Shown here in pieces: positions 11,234-19,246 of a stretch of DNA of 64,000 nt (the stretch's first letter is position 1; each line of letters opens with the position of its first letter). The DNA comes from Tubiluchus corallicola. Its lineage: Eukaryota > Animalia > Priapulida. The notes beneath the pieces are model-generated. The model did no database searches, had not been told where the DNA came from, and was given only the letters and a program-made list of their open reading frames with translations. The position numbers were made by a program, and so were the translations under genes. The stretch lies in NCBI GenBank assembly GCA_030141605.1, contig JAQGDQ010000006.1:1-64000 (forward strand), written 5' to 3'.

Positions 11234-11982
11234 TGTAGGGCGCCGAGTAGCCCACTAGCCAAAGTAGGACACTTCTGTCAAAACGCATGTGCATAAATTT
11301 GCGGAAAAGCGGCGCCTTACATGAGCAGCCGAAGTAAGACACTAGCGATTTCTGTCGAGAATCGAGATTGATGACATACAAGAACATAAAAGTAAATTTG
11401 TTTTAGAAAAAAATGAACTTTATAATAATGATGGCGAGTCCCTGACAATTTACAAATGTATTTTTACAACAATATCATCATTATTATTAGCTCCATTAAT
11501 AATATCATAAAATTAAACTAAGTATCTAATGCTTTAAAGAGAGAAACTATGTAGGGCATATTAATTGCTAACCTGTTTACGAAGTAGAAAACAATTATTT
11601 GTCCAAGACAGAGTGAAAAGCATCACCTGTCTGTGAAGCAAGTCAATATAAAAAATATATACCTTAAACAGATGTTGGAATCTCCTAAGTAGTGGGTTTA
11701 TTTCATTTCAAAAAGATTAATATCGAAGCCAAATTTGATATTGGCCATTTTACTAGCTCAAAATAAGATTCTTTTATTTTACCAGATGTATAATAGATTA
11801 TTCAACGTATATTATTATTCCATAAATAAGGACAACGGACGGTGCCACTATACTTAACAACTCAATTTGCAACCTGTTTCTAGTGTCCAACTTGGGCAGC
11901 CCATGTACGACCCGTCCTACTTGGGCTAGCCCATGTATGCCAATTGTCCTAGTTCGGCTAGTGGGTTACTTGGCGCCCAACA
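11234..11982. mobile_element. 749-bp older relative of the 8230-9095 TIR element (TGT..ACA, ~39-bp imperfect TIR)
   Basis: tgtagggcgccgagtagcccactagccaaagtaggacac vs ...tgtcctagttcggctagtgggttacttggcgcccaaca; flanks cgtaat/cgtat (degenerate TSD); same subterminal motifs. Confidence 0.82.
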
Positions 11983-12014
11983 CGTATAATGCATAACGGG
12001 GAAAACAATATACA

Positions 12015-12645
12015 CGTACTGTAGTCATACTGTAATAAGTCACTATTAGTATCTCCGCACACATAGGCCAATTTATCTGTTTTGCTAATTTGATTCAGAA
12101 GGTTGTCCATCTCTTCGTGAAAATGTCTTACTCTTAGTCCAGTTTTTGGATGGCGGTAAATCACCCCAAAAATAATATTTTTACTAGAAATTTTTGTTGA
12201 CAATTCTGCAAAAAAATGTTCAACCTGAATATGGCTAAGCACAGGGAGCAAGGTATCATTTATCACCTTATCACATTCTATTTTCAAATTTCTTTTAATT
12301 TGAAATTCTATAGAATTTTTAATATATAAGGCTACACCACCTGCATTAGTTACTGAGTTGTGTGAAATATAAGTGCAGCCGGGGAGAGAACATAAAAAGG
12401 TTGATGATCTTTTATACGAGTTTCACTATTAATGGCGATAACATCAGGGGCCTGAGAAAAATAACAAAGTACATCATGCATACTCGAGTAATTTTTGGTT
12501 AAACTATTCGTATTCATATGGACAAACAAAAAATTCATTTTTATCTGCATTGAGATTGATTTCATTAGAGATTCGAGTTCATAATAATTACATGTGAAGT
12601 TCATCGAATGATGATCAGGATCATAAGAATCAGCTTTGTTAGGAT
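12015..12645 (-). pseudogene. LINE (L2/Crack/Daphne-like) ORF2 apurinic endonuclease fragment, frameshifted
   Basis: DPD..CNYY, FVHMNTNSL, PDVIAI(N)SETRI, AGGVALYIK, IIFGVIYRHP, YVCGDTNSDLL are APE domain motifs. Confidence 0.88.
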
Positions 12646-12706
12646 TTGGAGAAAAATTTGTGCGCTCAGTTACATTACGAACAGGCGCTGTTCCAGAGCC
12701 ACTTAC

Positions 12707-12783
12707 CTGTCAAAATAATGTTGAGAAATCCCGAGATATATCCTAAAGCCAATTCTTGCGCAGCATCCGGAGGAAAATCACCA
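12707..12783 (-). CDS. Putative exon 2: (D)GDFPPDAAQELALGYISGFLNIILT(V)
   Basis: atacag acceptor, strong cag|gtaagt donor, 77 nt, phase 2 to 1, open. Confidence 0.55.
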
Positions 12784-12918
12784 CTGTATATTTCTCAAGA
12801 GCAAAAATTCGAGCAGTTTACTCCATAGTTTAAAAAAACGCGGTTCCAATAACCCAATACGACCTAATCTAATCATATGTCAAGAAAATTGACTGTTTTC
12901 TAAAATTCTAGCAATTAC

Positions 12919-13013
12919 TCGTACAACGAGGCTTGAAAGAACGAACAAAGGCAAGCACTTAGTAATATGAGCAAAACTGGGGAAAACAGCGATTTGAAAT
13001 GGGTTTTCCCCAT
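12919..13013 (-). CDS. Putative first coding exon: MGKTHFKSLFSPVLLILLSACLCSFFQASLY(D), signal-peptide/TM-like
   Basis: aaaATGG context, ga|gtaatt donor in phase 2, 135-bp intron to the next exon; CCAAT box on the minus strand at ~13204-13208. Confidence 0.5.
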
Positions 13014-13688
13014 TTTCCGGGCGGCTCCACATATTTGCAAACCTTTTTTACGACCCCTGGCGGCTGCTGAATGCTGATACTTTGCAGTAAAGCTTCTGGA
13101 GTACACGTAAACAGAAAAATATCATGATTATTTGACGGTAGCTTTTTTGTTTTACTGCATACATTTTTTTAAGTGATAATGGTGCAGTGGCGATTAGTTC
13201 TCCATTGGCTACGCCCGAACGAAACGGGTTTCCCCGTTTTGTAGTTGCAGAGTTGTTTATTCTTGCTACGACCAGCTACTGACCTTTTGGAGTCAACGTA
13301 AAATTACTGCAAAGAAATTATTATGATTATTTAGTTTCTGTAAAGGCACAAATGATGTGACAAATTATTATGATTATTAATAAAACAAATTTTTGAAAAC
13401 GTTTGTGAGAGGCATTTACTCCAAGGATTATTGTAGATAAATCAAGTATTAAATCATTTTATAAGAGAAACACATTCCAGTCAATGAAGTTTTCGTCCAA
13501 ATTAAAGCAGGGATTACAAAAAAATCATCCACAGTGACACATAAACAAAATATAAATCTGACAAGCACCAGATAAAACAGGCAATTCAACACAATTATAA
13601 GATGATTTCAACATTATAAAAAAGTTGTAGCCCTATATCGTCTAAAATTGTATATCGTAAAAGAATGTGGGAAAGCTTGAAGGTAAGT

Positions 13689-14750
13689 TAGGTACAGATA
13701 ATTATGGTACAAGCAAATTTTGGCGCTAGGAAAATTTGGTACAAGGAATTTTTGGTATGCATTAACATTTTCGTATAGGTAAATTATGTACTATCATCTT
13801 TAGGTACAAGGAATTTTTGGTACTAGGAAAAAGTGGTATGGGAATGTTTGGTACAAAGAAATTATGGTATCAGGATTGTTTGGTACTAAGAAATTTGGTA
13901 CTAGGAAAATATGGTATGGGGGAAGATATCATAATATGAAAGTTTGGTACTGGAAAATTTGATTCCGAAAAAGAAAGCACTTCTATATCTCAGTATTATT
14001 GTTTCAACTAGATATAAAGAAGTTCATTCGGTAAAGAGGAAATCTAATAATTGGAAAGTAAAGTTTATTAAAGAGTTCATAAAATACTACAGTGCAATAA
14101 ATAGTGCATGGCAGCTAGAATTTTATACCACTTATGTAGGTACATTTAAGAATTCATTCAGCAAAAAATGAAAGATCTCAGCTCACCATGCAAATGTTCA
14201 AAAAGCTCAGTTAATTTCTTTTTTCTAGTGAAACGATCATTTTCTCTGTGTTTGTTATACAAACATTATTAATCTAATATAAGAACATGGCGGTGATGAC
14301 TGATCATTGAAAAAACGTCCTGCATAAGCATAGTTTGGTTTCTGGGGAGGCCCACAAAATGGAGTGAGAATTGTTCTTTTCCTCCCTGCCGGCAGTGCTG
14401 ACGGTGATGGTGTAATGTTGTCATGATGTTGCTCTTGGTAGTGGTGGCAGTGGCAGAGATGGGGTGTCATCATCATCTTCGTACTTGTCACAGTCATCAC
14501 TGTTGTCAGCAGCAACGGCAAAAACAACAACGATAACGACAGTAATAGCAACAAAACGACAAATGTAATAATGACAACAATGATGACGATGATGATGACG
14601 ACGATGAAGCCAACAAAAACAGCAAGCAAGAAACTAACATACAACAAGAATAACAACAACATAAGCAGCAGCAACGACGACGACAACACCTACAATAACA
14701 ACAGCAATAAAACGACAAAAGTGACTATGGTGGCATGATGACATCAATAA

Positions 14751-14781
<31 letters not shown>

Positions 14782-15188
14782 ACCAGTAGCAATCACAAAA
14801 AAGATCAAATAAGAAACAAGCAAGCAACAAAAAAAAACAACAACAACAAAGACAAATAACAAAAACAAATAAAGAGGAAGCAAACAAAAACAAAATTACT
14901 AAAAACAAATGCAGCAATATGAGCCCCTATAAGTGGTTCGAGTATATAGGTTATATAAAATATACTATCGTAGAACTAAAACTTTCCTTGTGCTAAAACT
15001 TTCTTTGTATCGAATTTTTCTAGTATCAAACTTTCCCAGTACTAAACTTGTTCCGTACTATTTTTACCTTGTACTATATTTACTAGTACCAAAAATTCGG
15101 CATGCCTGTTAAAACTTCGTTAGTGCCATATTTACCATTGCCACATTTTTTCTGTACCAAATTTTCCCAGTACCAAAATTCTAGAATC
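13689..15188. mobile_element. Foldback-like element: inverted arms (~13689-13967 and ~14975-15188) built of degenerate 15-16-bp tandem repeats
   Basis: Left arm repeats tttggtac(t/a)aggaaa; right arm repeats the reverse complement tttcc.agtaccaaa; boundaries approximate. Confidence 0.7.
14465..14910. repeat. Degenerate trinucleotide/low-complexity tract (CAA/GAC/GAT, then A-rich)
   Basis: Direct reading; explains spurious ORFs 14255-14689 and 14506-14718. Confidence 0.85.
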
Positions 15189-16194
15189 TAGAATTTAGAA
15201 GTAGTATATTTATTTTTATGTATATGTATATATTTACAGCTGTAATTGGCAGTGTGCCTACTGGCAAGTAAATCAAATGTTAATGAACTCAATGATAACC
15301 ATGAACAAAGTAGTACACAAATATTACTGAAACTTAAAACAATTTTGAGCATGAAGAAACACATTAAGTACAACACTTGTTGTTGAGATTTCAGAAACAA
15401 CATTAATAAGAATTTAAGTTTTTCAATTTCAACAGTGAATTTCAAATGAAGTCACTTTTATTCTCAGTGAAAATCTAGACTTGAACTTCAAATCCATCAA
15501 TATCTTCAATAACTGTTCAATAATAATCAAAAATAGTAGCTGCATACTGTCAGTCTATTTACAAACAATGCAACATAGGCACATATTAAAATTAACTGGT
15601 TGTACCTAAACTTGTGCAAAAGTTGCAAAATGTAAAATGATAATAAGATCAACAAACTATAAAACTGCAAGTAAATAAGTATAATGATCTTAATTCTCAT
15701 CATTCCTTGTCACTAAATAATTTGACAAACAAATTATTCACAATCATTTCAAAGTGTTCAATTATCCTAAAAAAAACACAAAACTGGTCTCAAAATGAAT
15801 ACATGTAAATTTAAACGTGTTTGCAAAAAAACAACGAAATTCACTATACAGAGTTCATTCTCTGAACCTCAAAGGTTTTCTGACTTCTCTACCAGAACGA
15901 GTTGTTACAATGCTACTCCTAGGTTCTGGCTTCCATGTGGTCCAAGCCTATTTACTAGAAACGTGTTTCCCAGGATTCATTTCTCAGAAAAAAATTTGTC
16001 AGAAAAACGTATTCCTACAAAAGTATTTTCAGAAAATGCTTTTGCTAGACAACTCGTTTCTCAGAAAAAACATTTTCTAGGAAGACTTTTAACAAAAAAA
16101 TCACGGTTTTATTTTTATTTCCTAAATCTGTTATTTTAGTTAGATGAAGTTTTCGAAATCTTTCTTTCTGTTGCTTCTCCCTCTTTACCTCCTT

Positions 16195-16352
16195 CTCTGG
16201 CTATCTTCTCTCCTGCCTGCCTACCTACCTACCTGCCTGCCTGCCTACTGTCCTACTTGTCTGCCTGCTTGTCAGCCTGCTTGCTTAGCTGCCGATCTGT
16301 GTACCTGTCTGTCTACCTGCCTACTTACCTATCTACCCTCCTACCTGCTCCT
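16195..16352. repeat. Degenerate (CCTG/CCTA)n tetranucleotide microsatellite
   Basis: cctgcctgcctacctacctacctgcctgcc... Confidence 0.85.
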
Positions 16353-16917
16353 GTTTTTTCAAGCGCATAATTTTACAACAGTCAAAAGAAATCAAGTGCA
16401 AATTAACAAAAAAATTAGTTTGTTTACAAATCATATTAAACAGAATTTAACACCAGAAATAATTTATTTACAACCATATCAAAAACAGAATTTTAGAACA
16501 GTAAAAAATTATCTGAAATACCATCAGAATTCGTGAGATTGATTGTAATTACATAATTGCCACTAGTTTAGTCTCTTGGAACTTACAAATGAACGTCGGT
16601 ACTATTTATTACACATGCCTGTTTTATTGAAAAGTCATGCATAAAATTTTCAAAACTATAGTATTGCGCTGTGCTATAATCGTTATTAAAACTTTAAATT
16701 CTTGTTCATGATCTGAGGATGAAACAAGTTTTTTTTTGTTTCTTTTGTATTTTCGTGATTGGATTCTGCAAAATCAATTAAAATTGCAATCAACTTTGAG
16801 TTCTTACGTTATGGGCTGTTCAACAACTCATATAAAGTGATGAAATGCCTGCAATAATAACACTGGATTAAGTAAAAAAAATTACCATTTTGGTTGTGGA
16901 TTTTTTGTTATAAATAG

Positions 16918-17321
16918 TGTACTGCAGGGCTGTGATGAGGTAGTGTAATACTGGCAGGGGAATACAGCAGACTTCTCAGGTGTGCGTGTGAACGTGGCTT
17001 TAACTAGCACATAGATTCTTATTCTGACCTTGTGTTAGTGGGAGCCACTAGTCACGTGCACACCTGAGCTTATAAAAAGGGTAGGTCTGCTGTAGATCCT
17101 TGTCAGTGGTCAGTGGGCGTCTGATCTCATCTCAGCTTTGTTCGCACTTCATCAGGCTTTCTGTTTGCTCCATTCGGTAAGCTGTCTGGAACGTTTATTT
17201 TTTTGGGTAATAAATCGTCATTTTTATTTTATTCATTTTGGTTTTTGTCTTTGAGTCATGCCGCACAGTGTAGGCCGCGATGCCATCCGTTCTGCTTCCA
17301 CTAAAAGCGGAGAGCAGTCCA
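16918..17321 (+). promoter_or_regulatory. 5' LTR (404 bp) with TATA box (17071), TCAGT initiator-like motif (17103) and AATAAA (~17209)
   Basis: Starts tgtactgc, ends gcagtcca (8-bp inverted tips, 1 mismatch, TG..CA), 1 nt before the PBS; no second LTR available to confirm the boundaries. Confidence 0.72.
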
Positions 17322-17322
17322 C

Positions 17323-17343
17323 TGGTGTCAGAACAAGTGGGAT
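17323..17343 (+). other. Primer-binding site complementary to the 3' end of tRNA-Leu, with a 3-nt insertion
   Basis: tggtgtcagaa(caa)gtgggat vs TGGTGTCAGAAGTGGGAT, the complement of tRNA-Leu ...ATCCCACTTCTGACACCA. Confidence 0.85.
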
Positions 17344-19246
17344 GTTACCCTCATCTGGGCATTCCGATTATTGTACTGCGGTTGATGTTGACTTAGAACG
17401 GTTACAACACCGTCAGCTTGCCGATTTTCTATTAGAACAGAGTGTGTATTCTTCTAATGGTCAAGAATTAAGGGGCACTGCCTTAGATTCTACGGAACAT
17501 TGCTATAGTTTTGATGTTAGTTGTACTAATAATGAGGATGTATTGTCGATCTGTGCTTGTAATACAACTAATCCTTTTGTTACTTGCCCTGTGCATAACC
17601 CTTGTACTGAAAAGCATGCAGCGAAGCCATCTGAATGTTCAAGTAGGCAAAGCCAAGGTCAGCTACCTTTGCTACCTGCTACTTCACAACATTCCGCTTC
17701 CCAGCCTAGCGCGAGTACTTGGGGCATGTCTAATATTGATTTTCTTTCAGGGCACGCGGCTAGCGATCCAAATGCAGCATTGGGCACGCGAGTTAGTCCA
17801 AGTAATCAAAATTTTCGGCAAAATTTCGCGTCAGATACTTATCAAATCAGACAACTGTGTCAAATCAGACAACAGTTGTCTAGTATTTCTGAGAGTTTTC
17901 AAGACCTGAGAAATGTGGTTGCTACGCTGCCTCAGGCAATTTTTAGTGCCATTTTGGATTTTACCGCATGTCGCGAACCAGAGACGCCTACAACAGGTGG
18001 TATTTTGGCAAAGAAGCCTCTTTTGGGTTCTACCCCTGTAATGGCGAATACTGACACTGCTGACGCGCAGCATCAAAATCAAGGGTCTAGCCAGATTCAA
18101 AATGGTCCTTCTGGCTCCACCCCACGTGTACGTTTTGAAACTGGCCTAAGCAATCTAGACCAGTCTTTCGAGCCCATTTTGCGGACTTCCGGTTGTTCTA
18201 CTGCACAAACAGGTTTGGCAACCAGCACCGTGGCACAAAATGTCGATAATGCTGCGGTAAACATGGCGAGTGACATCAGCATGGGGCGGCTCGGTGAAAA
18301 GGCACTCCGAGGTCTACCACCTTTTGATGGCGAGACAGTGTCTTGGGAAAGTTTTGAGGCACAGTTCCAGCTTCTCCGTCGGGCTAATGGCTGGGACAAC
18401 ACCGAGGCTGGTGCGCGATTAGCATTAAAATTAAAAGGGAGTGCTGCGGGCGTGCTGGAAGTCATTCCAGAGGCGCAAAGGTCCAACTATGATGTCCTTT
18501 CGTCGGCTCTTTGTCGTAGATACGGCTATCAAAATAGAGAGAGCGTTTATCGTGCGCATTATAACGCCAGAGTACGCCACACTGGGGAAGATTTAAGGCA
18601 ATACGCTGAGCAATTGCGCGTTCTTTATCATCGTGCATTTCCAACCGTTGATACAAAAACTGCTGAGCAACAGCTAATTCATAAATTCGTAGATGGTTTA
18701 ATGGATTCTGAGTTAGCAATACACATTCAGCAAAGTGTACCGCCTGATCTCGCAAGTGCTTTAGCTACCGCACTTACAGTTGAGTCCATTCGGGCTACGT
18801 CTAAACGAGTAACAGAAAACGAACCCCCAAGCAAAAGCTCGATTAAGGTTCAGCACCTACCTGTTACCTCGCCCCCCAGTTCGAAATCCAAAAGCCCAAA
18901 TAACGACGTTAGCAAATCTGCTCTTAATCGCACCCCTGAAAAACACGGCAGAGTTTCAAATGTTGGCCAGAATAAGTCTGCTAAACCTACGGGTCGTGGT
19001 TCAGGCCCAGTTTGTTATAATTGTGGTGGTTTTGGGCATTTAGCGAGACAGTGCTCTTCCCCTCCCCATAGTTGGACAGGCCAACCAACTCGCCATAGAG
19101 CACAATTTTCTAATAATTTTTGCCAAAACAATGGTTTTTCTGCAAATATGGGGCAAAATTATCCATGTACTGGGACTACCCCCCAAAATTATTACCATTC
19201 AACAGCTAAGTACAACAACTTCGGTCGTGGGCGTTCGCATTTTTAA
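17342..19246 (+). CDS. gag: Gypsy Gag (capsid-like domain plus CCHC zinc knuckle); probable start is the ATG at the end of the PBS, not 17258 inside the LTR
   Basis: LPPFDGETVSWESFEAQF...WD...LALKLKGSA capsid-like motif; CYNCGGFGHLARQC knuckle. Confidence 0.92.
   Translation: MLPSSGHSDYCTAVDVDLERLQHRQLADFLLEQSVYSSNGQELRGTALDSTEHCYSFDVSCTNNEDVLSICACNTTNPFVTCPVHNPCTEKHAAKPSECSSRQSQGQLPLLPATSQHSASQPSASTWGMSNIDFLSGHAASDPNAALGTRVSPSNQNFRQNFASDTYQIRQLCQIRQQLSSISESFQDLRNVVATLPQAIFSAILDFTACREPETPTTGGILAKKPLLGSTPVMANTDTADAQHQNQGSSQIQNGPSGSTPRVRFETGLSNLDQSFEPILRTSGCSTAQTGLATSTVAQNVDNAAVNMASDISMGRLGEKALRGLPPFDGETVSWESFEAQFQLLRRANGWDNTEAGARLALKLKGSAAGVLEVIPEAQRSNYDVLSSALCRRYGYQNRESVYRAHYNARVRHTGEDLRQYAEQLRVLYHRAFPTVDTKTAEQQLIHKFVDGLMDSELAIHIQQSVPPDLASALATALTVESIRATSKRVTENEPPSKSSIKVQHLPVTSPPSSKSKSPNNDVSKSALNRTPEKHGRVSNVGQNKSAKPTGRGSGPVCYNCGGFGHLARQCSSPPHSWTGQPTRHRAQFSNNFCQNNGFSANMGQNYPCTGTTPQNYYHSTAKYNNFGRGRSHF

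Noticed and set aside
13222-13246. Helitron 3' hairpin (aaacggg-tttc-cccgttt)
   Set aside because: No CTRR terminus at the expected ~10-nt distance
14255-14718. Hydrophobic and Cys-rich ORFs
   Set aside because: Translations of trinucleotide repeats
16936-16956. let-7-like (tgaggtag) and miR-8/200-like (taatactg) seeds in the LTR
   Set aside because: Only 8-nt matches; the rest of the mature sequences and their precursor hairpins are missing
17258-17341. ORF-track start of gag at 17258
   Set aside because: It lies inside the LTR upstream of the PBS; 17342 is the more plausible start, although the upstream ATG is in frame
17511-18755. Alternative-frame and antisense ORFs within gag
   Set aside because: Short shadows of the gag ORF with no recognisable motifs
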